Shown here one piece after another: positions 34,834 through 47,066 of a DNA stretch of 56,766 bases. The position numbers and the translations under genes were made by a program. The stretch comes from Guillardia theta CCMP2712. Lineage: Eukaryota; Protista; Cryptophyta. The notes under the pieces are model-generated. The model saw only the letters and a program-made list of their open reading frames with translations. It ran no database searches and was not told the DNA's origin. The stretch spans positions 1 through 56,766 of the forward strand of contig NW_005434665.1 in the NCBI RefSeq assembly GCF_000315625.1, in the 5' to 3' direction. Position 1 is the stretch's first letter, and each line of letters opens with the position of its first letter.

Positions 34834-37800
34834 TCAGCACATGCCTTTCCTGATAGAAAATATTGTATCCACAACATCCTAGCATCAAGAGTCAGAGGAG
34901 ATGGCAGACACAAAATCAGCAAATCAACATGATGGTTGTTTTTGAAGGCCTTCCGAGCTTCTTCAAAGGAGATTCCTGTTTGTTCCGCAATACACCTGCG
35001 CAACTTGGTTACACTTGGGTTAAATGGTGTTCGAAAACATCACCTGATGTCCATGTCCTGCTGCCGAAGAAGTTCTGACTGGAATGTTTGATTTGTACAG
35101 AGCAAGGATGAGGCCAGCTTTTGGGAAAGAGAGCTCTTGTCCTGGTCATGGTTCTGCTCGGGAGAATTCTTTGAGCTGAGAGAGCTTGTAAGGGGGAGAG
35201 ATTCCTTTGGTGATTTCGGGCTGGTTCTGTGAGAGGAGGGGAAAGGAAGGCTCATCGCAAGGTCTTGCTTCTCCTTCGTCAGCCCAGCAGTCATCATTCT
35301 TCTCCTCTCTGTTTCCCTGGACTTGAGTTCTTCTCCCTCCCTGAACTTGCGCTCTTCTTCTTCTTCCATCTGCCACTTGCTCGTCTCCAGAAGCTTCCCC
35401 AACTTTTCCTCGAGCACACCGAGCTCCAACTCTGCCCTCACCTCCTCTCGTGTAGCATCTGCAACTCTGAGCTTGGCAAGTGCTGCCTGCTCCTTGTGCC
35501 TCGGCGGCTCGACCCCCGGGGCGCGCTCGGTACCCTGTTGCCTTTGAGGTTTTGAGAGACGAGGGACGATCAGCTCCTGGGGTGCTCCTACTGTCCGGGC
35601 GCCAGCCATCTTCATCGGGTCCAGCATGGAAGCGTGGAAAGCAGGCTCTGGCGGAGCTCGGCGAGCTGGGAGGGGATCCTTGACCTTGGTGATGTTGGAG
35701 TGAATGCAGGGGGAGCAAGGAGGTGCGGGCTGGGGCTGATCCAGGAGGGCGGCAGGCAACTCTGACCGAGTCTCGGGGAAGACGATCTTTGACCTTATAG
35801 CCTGATGCGGGCCTGACTTTGCTCCTCCTGGAGACAAGCTCGAGCACGGGGAAGTAGCTTTGACGCTATCCTCCCATTCCTTGGCTGACTCAGAGGCAAG
35901 CTCGAAGCCTTTCGCTGCCTGCTGCTGGCCCATTATCGCCTCGTCCTGCTGCTCCTCTAGCATTGATTCGTTTGAGCTGTTCGTGCCGGGCCCGGCTGCC
36001 TCGCGTTGTGAGACGCACTGGCCAACCCAGTCCTCGCGGTGGGCCTCAACTCTTGAGTATCCCTGCGGTCCCTCAGACCTGGCTGGGCTGGGCTGCGTCT
36101 CGTCCTTTCCCGACCCGGTCACTTGCTTGGGCTCAATCGTTTGAGCCTCACAGACGCTCAGCGGCACTCCGCTTCTTCTTTGCACGAGAACCCACCTCGT
36201 CCTTGAGAACGCTCTGGTCTGCAAACCCAGCAGGACAGAAGAACCTTCTGGGCCCGTGATGATGGACAGAAGCTCGTTGCGGGAGATGTCACACACGTCC
36301 ATCGGGTCGACCGCAAGCAGCTCGTCGCCCTCCAACACTCCGGCCTTGAAGGCTGGACTTCCATGGATGACAGTAGAGATCCGCGTGGACTTTCCGTCCT
36401 TGTCGGTGAATGAGAAACCGAGGGGAGTCTTCTCAGAGTAGCGGCTGATTTCAATCCCGATCACCTGGAACCTTCGCTTGACTACGATGTACATCTTTAG
36501 ACCAGCACCAGTCACAAGCTTGTTCAAGGAGGCGGCAGACGAGCCCTCAGGGATCAGCTTGTCTGTTGCTGACTTTAGGATCTCTCCCGGGATAATGCCT
36601 GCCCTCTGTGCTGGGCCATTGAAGACTACAGCCGCTACAAGGAAACCACTTCCGCCTTCGGCATGCTTGAACTTGATGCCTAACCCGGCCATCTTCGCCA
36701 TATTCTCATTTGTGGGAAGAAATTCAAGGTCCTCGGAACAGGGGCTTGATCCAAATCTGGAGATGTCGCACGAGTCAACCGTCATGTTGGACATTTCGCT
36801 GATCGTAACACTGATTGTCTCCGAGGTGCTATCAAGATCTTGAAGCGAGTAATAATCGGACATCACAGCCTCCTCTTTCACCTGATGACCAGTTGCCGCC
36901 TCAACGGTGTTGTGATTCGCTAGCTCTTGCCTGTCATCATGGTTTTCTTCGATCGCGAAAGAAACATCGTTGGACTGATCGCCCACGTGCAGGTTTTCCA
37001 GTATCATGTTCTTACTGTTGTCATGGAGAGCATCGAGATTGCTTCTCAAATCCATTTTGCTCTTCTCCAGCAGGCTCAAAGATGTAGACAAATCGTAGGA
37101 ACCTTGGAAGAGGGATTCGGCAGTTTGATCTACAGTACTCAACGGTTTTGAAAGCGGCTCCTTCAGCTTCTGCTTATCAAGATTCTTCAAGAAGTCTGAA
37201 CCTGACAGCAGAAGAGAAGACGCAGCATTCCCCTGCCCCCTCCATTCCTCTCTCTTTGATCCCAATGGATTCTCCCAGGACTCACTCGGCTTTCGCACCT
37301 GAATACCCTGATCCTGGGCATAGATCAGCACAACAAACAACATGGAATCCGATCAGCTGATGAATTCATATCTACCTTGTCGCATCCTTCGTACTCCTTT
37401 GTTCGCTTCTGATGTACTTTTCCTCGATCGCCATCTTTACTCGCTAGCGCTACTGGCTTTGAAAGATCTTTGTTGACTAGCTCACCGAGACTGTTAACCT
37501 GCACATCACATCAGAGAGCATCTGATGGGGCTGGGAGGCATACGAGAGCATGACGATCCAAATGAGGTTCAGTGTTGATGGCTGATCTGTCAATATGCTG
37601 ATTACGAAGCAATGCTGTAGAGTTTCCATTCGCGTCTACGTCGCAGTGATCGAAACTGTTCTTGGTCCAAGATCCATTTTTCGACTTTTTCAAGAAACCA
37701 GCTTTTCCTCCAAGTGCCGTGTCAGAAATCTCCCTGAGTGGTTTCAGATTCGATATATTCGTTTCGATCTTGTTGATGTCAACGTCTGTGAGTGGCTTTC

Positions 37801-38150
37801 GAAACCCCCCTTGCTTTGAGGAAGCAGACAAACTTTTCTGCGACTTGTAATCCCGGTCGCTCGCATACTCGTCCTGGAAGATGAAAATGCTTTTCATCGT
37901 AGAGACGAATGAAAGGCTGCCAGTAATCAAATAAGCGAACAGAACTTGTTTTCATAAATTTGAACAATGCATACATGCAAGCACAAAGATATCTATCAAG
38001 TTTCCACTGCAATGCAAATAGCCCACAGGTGGCTCATTCATTGGATCATCTCCTGAAATCGTCCAGACAATTCCTCTAACAAGATCTGGTACCTATTCCC
38101 TTTGTAGCCTCTCATCTGCATACTTTTGTCTACGCTTCGTCCTCCTCTGC
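34834..38150 (-). CDS. Tandem-PDZ protein with C-terminal UBA-like (NAC/HYPK-type) domain
   Basis: 767-aa ORF with two PDZs (GLGIKF...GPAQRAGIIPGE; LGFSF...GSPAFKAGVLEGDELLAVD). Last exons IAEQTGISFEEARKAFKNN..DVVDTI. Start approximate. Confidence 0.8.
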
Positions 38151-38199
38151 CTCTGACCATCTCCACACATCGCTACTCGCATTCTCGTACCTAACAAAT

Positions 38200-38965
38200 C
38201 GAATTTCAATTCTTTACCCGCCCTCATACTACCCCACCCCTCTCCTGATCATAGAAGCCAGCTACTACCCTCTCTATATGCATTATGACCTATACCTTTC
38301 ACAAGTGTACCCTTTTCTTTCCCTGTGTCTACCCCTCTAATATTGACAACCCTAATCATGTGGACACCTACCCCTACCTTTTCTACCCCACCCACCCATC
38401 ACGGGCGAGCGGCGGGGCCCCGGCCGGCCGGCCGCGGCCCGGGCCCGGCGCTCGGGCCGCTCGGACAGTCACCCAACGGGCCAATGCGCGGCGGCGGCCC
38501 CCCCGCCCGGTGGCGGCGGCACGCCGTGACGGCAGTGAACGGGCTGGGCCCGCGTTTTAAGAAACCGTGGCAGCCGCCAGCACTGGGTGACTTCTGAGTG
38601 CCACGCCGCTGCTGAGCCGCTCCGAGCCGCAGGCCGGGCCCGGGCCGGGGGAATAGCCGGGACGTGACGGTTCCGTTGGCGCCTGAGCAGCGCACTGCAG
38701 GGGGAAGCAGGAGTTGGGAGGCTTCGGAAAGCTTGGAACTTGCGGGGGCCGCGCCGCCGCCATTTAGTAATTTCAACTTGCGGCCCGCCGGGCGAGGCGC
38801 CCGGGCCCCGGGGCCCCGGGGCACGGACGGTCGATCGGACCAACCGTTACCGGTGCATAAGGTTCAACGGATCCGTTACACTCCTTGGTGGATGCAGGAA
38901 CGGTTATTTTAAGTTAATAAGAATCGCGTGAGGCAATTGACAGTGTAACGGTTGGTAACCGTTCT
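38200..38965. promoter_or_regulatory. Zoned GC-rich palindromic island between divergent genes
   Basis: TACCCC zone, then CCGG/GGCC core, then AACGG zone. Confidence 0.55.
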
Positions 38966-39889
38966 TTTTTCTGAAAAAAGAAAGAGGCTCGTGAACGAGC
39001 GGAGGAGGCGGCATGCAGGAGAGGCGAGGGGGGGCGAAGGATGGGAGAAGAAGAGGAGGAGAGGAGGAGAAAGCTTAAAGGAGCGGTGAGAGATGAAGAT
39101 ACATGTAGATAGATCAGGTTGAAGAAGAAGTATCAAGAGAAGAAGGGATAGAGATACGATGTTAGACGCAGGCATGAAGGAAAGAAGGGGTGCAATGCGC
39201 GGTGTGATCGTGGAGAGAGGACGGTGTGGTGTGATACAAGAGGTGTCAGAGATGTACGGCATGCAGGATTCATCGACATGCATGTTGGAAAGATGGCAAT
39301 GCAAAAAAGAATCGATGTACAGCTAGCATGGTGTGGTATTTGATCTTTCCTTGAACAATCCTGACATCAGTTAATGAGTTGGACTTTCCATGTAGCAATG
39401 GAGAACAACACCTTTCTTTGTATCACTTGATTTTATTTACAGAATCTTTCTGTACGGTTGGTTGGCTGTCCTGTTGCAACTTGTTGCTTGTGTACGTGTT
39501 TGCAATGAAGCGTCGCCTCTGAGTTTCACAAATTGGTTTGGTTTCTGCAGTGAGTTTCTTTAACTTTCGTATTTCTTTCCATCATTTGAGTGCTTTTGCC
39601 TCGTTACCCATTCATGAGAGTGGATGTTTATGTACTTTGAGTGTAGTCTTGGTTCCAATTTTGATTTGACAAAGTGCAACAAAATTTTGTTGCGCACGAA
39701 TTCAATGTGTATCATGTTTCTAGTCCAATTATTGTAATCTGATTCTCTATCTTCGAATGTATTTATTTGTCATTCAAAGGTTGTGAGGTGCAAGGTTACA
39801 ATCAAAAGAGGCAGCTGGTAGTCTGTTCTGAGTTAGGGAATGTTACGAGAATCGCTTGCTTGCACACATTCTGACGCTTCCTGCTCAGC

Positions 39890-40675
39890 ATGGTTTCCCT
39901 CCGGCTGCAGAAGCGCCTTGCTGCCTCCGTGCTCAAGTGCGGCAAGGGTAAGATCTGGCTTGACCCGAATGAGGTCAACGAGATCTCCATGGCCAACTCC
40001 CGCCAGAACATCCGCAAGCTGGTTAAGGACGGTTACGTGATCCGCAAGCCCGTCGCCATCCACTCCCGCTCTCGCGTGCACCGAAAGAACGAGGCGAAGA
40101 GGAAGGGAAGACACATGGGCTTCGGTAAGCGCAAGGGTACCGCCGAGGCTCGTCTCCCCACCAAGGTCATCTGGATGCGTCGCCAGCGTGTTCTCCGCCG
40201 CCTCTTGGCCAAGTACAGGGAGCAGAAGAAGATCGACAAGCATCTCTACCACGTTCTCTACATGAAGTGCAAGGTGAGGAGGAGAAACGAGGAGGAGGAT
40301 GGGGGGAGGACAGGAATGCTGACAAGAGGGTCAGGGTAACGTGTTCAAGAACAAGCGCAACCTCATCGAGTTCATCCACAAGGCCAAGGCCGAGAAGGCT
40401 CGTGAGAAGTCGCTCGCTGATCAGGCTGAGGCTCGCCGTAACAAGGCTCGCCTTGCTCGTGAGCGCCGTGCCGCTAGGTGAGAGCGAAGGAGGGGGAGGA
40501 GAGCAACGTCTGACACTGGTGCAGGGTTGATGAGAAGCGTGGAGTGTCAGAGAAGGAAACACCTAAGGATGAGCCCGCTGAGCAGGTGAGAGGAGGAAAA
40601 GAAACTAAAGAGGAGCTGACGTGTTTTCAGCCGGCCGCGGAGAAGCCCAAGAAGGAGAAGAAGAGCAAGAAGTAA
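39890..40675 (+). CDS. RPL19: 60S ribosomal protein L19 (eL19)
   Basis: [28 protein letters not shown]...[10 protein letters not shown]...K|GNVFKNKR; three short introns. Confidence 0.99.
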
Positions 40676-40723
40676 ACTAGAAGGGAAATTCTCTTGATTC
40701 ATTAAAACCCGAAAAGACATACT

Positions 40724-42163
40724 CTACATGTGCCACGGACAAGCAGCACCTGCTCGATCTCTTCAACTCTCTCCTTCCCCTCCTCAGTTCACCTGTTAGT
40801 CGCTTCATGTCTGCCCCAGTTTCCTCCTCCAGCAGCGTCAGGAGGAACATCTGCATGTCGTCAGAGCCCACCAGCACTGGCCGTCCTAACCGCAAGTCCC
40901 GCAAAGCCCTCGAAGAGCGAGCAGGGGCTGCAGACGGTCAGAGGTGTGAAGGGGAGGAGGAGCGTCACCGGTCGGGCGTCTGTAGCAGCTGCTGCTTCAG
41001 CGCTTCTGCTCCTGCACGGAAATCAAACCTGATGCTTCAACCTCTCAATCTCTATCCTCCACTCTTGTCTCCACTCCTCCTCTCCTCGGCATGCTCGCTT
41101 CTCGCTAGTCACCTCCTCCCTCCCCTCGCCCCCACTTCCCCTCTCCTCTCTCGCACCTTCACAGTTGGGCTGCCTGGCGAAGAGAGCAAAACGCTTGGCA
41201 GTGACCCTGACGCTGGAGGCTGGTGAGACGAGCAGGGGCGGGTGCCGATGAAAAGACCAGGGAGGGGGAGCTGAGGGAGAAGTCGAAGGGAGGGATTGAG
41301 GCAGAGAGCGAGCGAGCGAGGGACGGATGGAGGGAGCGAAGGAGGGAGCGAGGGAGCGAGGGAGGGTGCAAGGGAGCGAGGGCGTACTCTTCGTGTTTGA
41401 AAGTTCGATGCGAGCAGAGCAGAGACAAGCCATTCCCTGCGACTCCATGGCAGATGCCGAAGCCCTACTCGAACTGTCACAACCCCCTGCCCTCACGAGC
41501 TCCCTCTCTAGATTCACCTTCTTGAGGAGACCTCGCTCGCAGATGACCTGCAGCAGGACATGAGGGGGTGGGGGAGCGAGGAAGAGGGACAGCAGGGACA
41601 GAGGAGGGACGAAGGACGAGGGACGAGGCAGGAGGCAGGAGGGACGAGGCAGGAGGGACGAGGGACGAGGCAGGAGGCAGGACCCGTTGAGCATTTTTCG
41701 CCGCCTGAAGAAAGGCGTTCACTAGAAAAACACGAAATGGGCAAGAGGAAAAGGTGAGCGAGGAAAACCATACGACCAGGAGGGCAAGAGCACTCAAGAA
41801 GAGCAGGCAAACAGAGCGAGGGGGAGTTGGAGCAGAAGCAAGAGAAGGAGTAGCGGAGCTTACCATCTCGTAATGAGGTTCACCAAACTCTTTGTGAGCC
41901 TGCGCGAGGAGAGGAACAAGTCCTACGGAAGTTCAGCAAGACGTACAAGAGGTGAGACATATAAGGGGCGGAAAGAGAACAAACAAGAAGGAGAAGCAGC
42001 AGCAGTATGGGGTCGAGCAACCTGGAGCGCCATGGCACCAATGGACGAGCTTGTCTTGAGCTGAGTGCGGGAAGTCAGTGGACAGGAGGATCGAGCAGAA
42101 AAGGAGAGAGGGAGGAGAGAGGGAGGAGAAAGGGAGGAGAGAGGGAGGAGGAGGAGGAGGAGG

Positions 42164-42205
<42 letters not shown>

Positions 42206-44503
42206 AGGAGGAGGAGCAGGAGCAGGAGCAGGAGCAGGAGGAGGAGGAGGAGGAGCAGGAGCAGGAGCAGGAGGACCATTGCCCATGGAAGAGGGAAGGT
42301 TTCCAGACTCAAATTGTGATGCAATCAATGCATCGACGCATCCTATAAGGAAGTGGAATCAACACAGGAGAACGAAGAAAAGAAGTTGGGGGAGGGGAGG
42401 AGGGGAGGAGGAGAAAGCGCGAAGATGAAGAAGATGGGGCGAGACAAAGGAGGAGAAGGAGATAGGATAAGAGCGATGAGGGGAGGGACAAGGAGGATAA
42501 TGGAGGAGGACGGGAGGCGGCGAGGAATCTTACCCTTCACTCTCTTCTCACAGCCGAACCCATCTGCATCCCCGTCAAACTCTTAGCTCCTTTGACTTTG
42601 TTCTCACCGACGAGCTTGCGGAAGTAGAGGAGGATGGTGAGTATGCCGCACAGACCTGTTGCAATGTGAGACGAGGCAATCACATGACATGGGGAAGTGA
42701 GAAAGGAGAGATGAGAGGATGGAGGAAGGGAGGAGCAGGGAGCAGGGAGCAGGGAGCAGGGAGCAGGGAGCAGGGAGCAGGGAGCAGGGAGCAGGGTGGA
42801 GCGAGGAAAGGATGAAAGGAGGGAGGAGAAGGGAAGATGGAAGGAGGAGAGAGGAGAATGGAAGGAGGCAGGGGGCAGGAGGAAGAGGAGAAGGAGCATG
42901 CCATGAGCTGCTCCGAAATATTTCTTGTCATGCCACTCCCACATCAACGGAAATCTGTTGAGCAATCAAAAACGTCCACCCTCATCCTCCTACTCCTACT
43001 CCCATTCCCTGCCTTCCTTGTTGCGGTTGGGGATACTGCACCATCACGGGTCAGCCATGAACACGTCAAGCTTGCTTGAATCACTTGGACACATCCTCCT
43101 CGTTATATGACACACTGTGACACAGCACAGTTACAACACAAATCTTGTCGAGAGACGATCCTTTACCTCTCTTGCCATGCATTCTGCCACTGCACCGGGT
43201 CATATGAGTAGGTGTTACTGGGTGTCTCCTCCGCTAGAGCTCGTGCGTCGTGATGGTTCTCTTCAAACTCATCATCCGAGTGCCCAGTGCCTGAAGGTTT
43301 ACAGCTCACATCGTATCGCAGAGCAAAAGACAAGCCCTCCACCATTCTNNNNNNNNNNNNNNNNNNNNNNNNNNNNNNNNNNNNNNNNNNNNNNNNNNNN
43401 NNNNNNNNNNNNNNNNNNNNNNNNNNNNNNNNNNNNNNNNNNNNNNNNNNNNNNNNNNNNNNNNNNNNNNNNNNNNNNNNNNNNNNNNNNNNNNNNNNNN
43501 NNNNNNNNNNNNNNNNNNNNNNNNNNNNNNNNNNNNNNNNNNNNNNNNNNNNNNNNNNNNNNNNNNNNNNNNNNNNNNNNNNNNNNNNNNNNNNNNNNNN
43601 NNNNNNNNNNNNNNNNNNNNNNNNNNNNNNNNNNNNNNNNNNNNNNNNNNNNNNNNNNNNNNNNNNNNNNNNNNNNNNNNNNNNNNNNNNNNNNNNNNNN
43701 NNNNNNNNNNNNNNNNNNNNNNNNNNNNNNNNNNNNNNNNNNNNNNNNNNNNNNNNNNNNNNNNNNNNNNNNNNNNNNNNNNNNNNNNNNNNNNNNNNNN
43801 NNNNNNNNNNNNNNNNNNNNNNNNNNNNNNNNNNNNNNNNNNNNNNNNNNNNNNNNNNNNNNNNNNNNNNNNNNNNNNNNNNNNNNNNNNNNNNNNNNNN
43901 NNNNNNNNNNNNNNNNNNNNNNNNNNNNNNNNNNNNNNNNNNNNNNNNNNNNNNNNNNNNNNNNNNNNNNNNNNNNNNNNNNNNNNNNNNNNNNNNNNNN
44001 NNNNNNNNNNNNNNNNNNNNNNNNNNNNNNNNNNNNNNNNNNNNNNNNNNNNNNNNNNNNNNNNNNNNNNNNNNNNNNNNNNNNNNNNNNNNNNNNNNNN
44101 NNNNNNNNNNNNNNNNNNNNNNNNNNNNNNNNNNNNNNNNNNNNNNNNNNNNNNNNNNNNNNNNNNNNNNNNNNNNNNNNNNNNNNNNNNNNNNNNNNNN
44201 NNNNNNNNNNNNNNNNNNNNNNCTCGGGTCCGTTTCCCCCCCCCCCTCCTCACCTTTCATCTGCTAGCTTCACCCCATCATTCAGAATCATCTGGATTGT
44301 CGTCGTGATGATTTCTCCGCAGTCCTGCCGCGCGTGTCAAACTCAAATCTCAACCGACGGGTCAAACCTTGAGATCAAGATCTGCATGCGCCGACAGGAA
44401 CAGCAGGCAGGAAAGGTACCCGCACCTCCCGTAGAGCAGCTCTGCCACCCATCAGCATGGGAACAAGAGCAGCAGCGATAGCATCAAGCATCATCATCAT
44501 CAG

Positions 44504-44576
<73 letters not shown>

Positions 44577-44737
44577 GGCAGCAGCAGCCGCAGCAGCCCG
44601 CAGCAGCCCGCAGCAGCAGCAAGTGAAGGAAAGACGAAGTGCAGGAGCAGGGGCAGGAAGAAGTGCAGCAGCAGCAGCAGCAGCACAAAGTGAAAGAAAG
44701 ACGAGGAGCAGGAGGACGAGCAGGAGGAGGAAGAAGT

Positions 44738-44821
<84 letters not shown>

Positions 44822-46650
44822 GGAAGAGACCGTTTGGAACTCCTTCCGTCACGCACGTGGGAGCTAAGTCCAAAACCTTGATGAATGAAAGAGTGAGGTA
44901 AAACGGAGGAGAAGGAGGAGAGGAGAGGAGAGGCAGAGGCAGAGGTAGAGGCAGAGGCAGAGGCAGAGGCAGAGGCAGAGGCAGAGGCAGAGGCAGAGGC
45001 AGAGGCAGAGGCAGAGGCAGAGGCAGAGGCAGAGGCAGAGGCAGAGGCAGAGGCAGAGGCAGAGGTAGAGGCAGAGGCAGAGGCAGAGGCAGAGGCAGAG
45101 GCAGAGGCAGAGGCAGAGGCAGAGGCAGAGGCAGAGGCAGAGGCAGAGGCAGAGGCAGAGGCAGAGGCAGAGGCAGAGGCAGAGGCAGAGGCAGAGGGAG
45201 GAGGGGGGAGGGTAGGAGGCAGGAGGCACAAGATTATGAGGAGGAAGAAGGGAGGAGGATTCAGTTAAGATAGCTCTATTTTCACCTCCTTTGTCAGCCT
45301 TGCAACCCTGATGATGTGAGTCAACAACAGTGAATGTCGCCAGCGCGCTCCCTCCTCCCCTTCCCTCCTCTGCTCTCCTCCTCCCCCCCGCCCTCGGAAC
45401 CCCCACCTGCTCTACCTCGTGCTCTCTTTCTTTGTGAACGCAATTGCGGCAGCAACAGCGTAAACCCCCGCGATCCCCGTCAAGAAAGTAGAAGTTCTGC
45501 CAAGGCGTAAGAAGATTCTCAGAGCAATGAAACATGGATAGATTCTGAATCTCTTTCCCCCCCTCCTCCTCATCCTCTTCTCTCTTCTCTTCTCTCTCCC
45601 CCCATCTTCTCCCCTCTCCTCTTTCCTTGCTCTTCTCCTCCCCTCTCTTTCCTCACCTCAACGACTTTCCTGGAGGTTTTGACATTCTGAGAGCAGCACT
45701 GATGTAAGCTTCAGACTTGTCCAAATATTCTTGCTGCTCAGAACGAATCAAGAACCAAGCCATGATGTTGACAACATAGAACAACAGAACAAGATGTAAA
45801 GGGAGAAGCAGAGAGTGAGAAGGAGGAGGAGGAGAGAGAAAAAAGTGAGGAGGAGGAGACGGAGCAGGATGAAAGGCTGAATCTCACCTTCTGCGAGACG
45901 AGGGGACAAGTCGTCGTTGCAAGTCTCCAGTACATATAAGCAACACCAGCAGCACCTGCAAGGAAATGAAATGAGAGAGACAAAACATTCATCAGAAGCA
46001 TCACGATCATCAAAATCTGCATCGTCGTCATCACCATCACCATTATCCTCACTTCTATCACCACCACTCACAACAACTTCTCGTTCATCATCGTCATCAA
46101 TAGCAGTAGCTGCTGCACAGGCAGCAGAGGCAGAAGCAGAGGTAGCAGCAGCAGCAGCACCTGTATAAACACTTGGGTCTTTCATCTCCAACTGAAATCA
46201 AAGCATCATTTCCATCATCTAATTTTGCTCCTCTCACCAACTCACACCGCTCTCCCCACCCTTCACTTTTCAGCATGTTCTCACCCTGGTCTCCTTGCTC
46301 TCCTCTTCCTCGTTCTTCTTTCTATCTCCCTCGTTGCCCTCTCCCACCCATCCTTCCCTCCTCCCCTCCCCTCCCCTCCCACGCTGAGCGATCACCTCCC
46401 TCACCGCTGCTCGGGTCGGATAATATTTTTCCATCATGCTCGGGATCTTTGAGAGTTCTTCCGCGAACATTTTCTGGCAAACGCTGGAGTCTGCAGCAGT
46501 CGTCGATGAAGATGGCAAAAGACCAGGAAGTCACTGAACCTGTTGGGAGAGAAGGCAGCCATGTAGGAGGGTGAAATCGAAGGCTCGCAGCTTCACCTGA
46601 CATCCTGAATTCCATCTCATCGTAAGAAATGATTCTGACTTGCTCCATCG
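40724..46650 (-). CDS. LanC-like protein (LANCL2/GCR2 family), spans the assembly gap
   Basis: Spliced motifs SVYTGAAG, TFLTGIAG, ELLYGRCGY, YFGAAHGLCG, GNLPSS, VHWCHGAPG, RGLLKKGFGICHGVAGN, SLFEGFAG. Ends approximate. Confidence 0.93.
42143..42275. repeat. (GGA)n/(GCAGGA)n compound microsatellite, intronic
   Basis: Direct reading. Confidence 0.9.
43349..44222. other. Assembly gap (N run)
   Basis: Continuous Ns. Confidence 1.
44489..44820. repeat. (CAT)n and (CAG)n microsatellites, intronic
   Basis: Direct reading. Confidence 0.9.
44930..45197. repeat. (GAGGCA)n hexanucleotide array, intronic
   Basis: About 44 units; GAGGTA variants at ~44942 and ~45062. Confidence 0.95.
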
Positions 46651-47066
46651 CTCCAGCGTGCCCCTCTCTGCCTTCCTCTTTCCCTCTCCCCCTAGTCAAT
46701 CCGTTCTTGTCGCATTCCCATGATTTCCCAGTTTTCGTTTCTCCATCTTCTCCTCTCATCCCTGTCCTCCTCGCTTCTGCTCTCCATCTCTTCTTGTGTA
46801 TCCACCCTTCCTCTTCTTCTCCTCGTCCACCACCACCACCACCACCACCACCACCACCACCTCCTCCTCCTCCTCCTCCTCCTCCACCACCACAACCTCC
46901 TCCTCCTCCTCCTCCTCCTCCTTTTCACTAACGCGTTCATAGTGCTAGTTTGTCTTAGAGGGTCGCACCTCCAGGTACCGGTATTTTGACAGTCAAAAGG
47001 AGGGGTGATGATATTGGACATATGAAGAGCGGGTAGGCACAAATAAGGGAAGATGGAGGGAGAGGA

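Noticed and set aside
41923-45535. Homopolymeric ORFs (poly-L/E/SA/CL) and X-filled ORFs
   Set aside because: Translations of intronic microsatellites and of the N gap.
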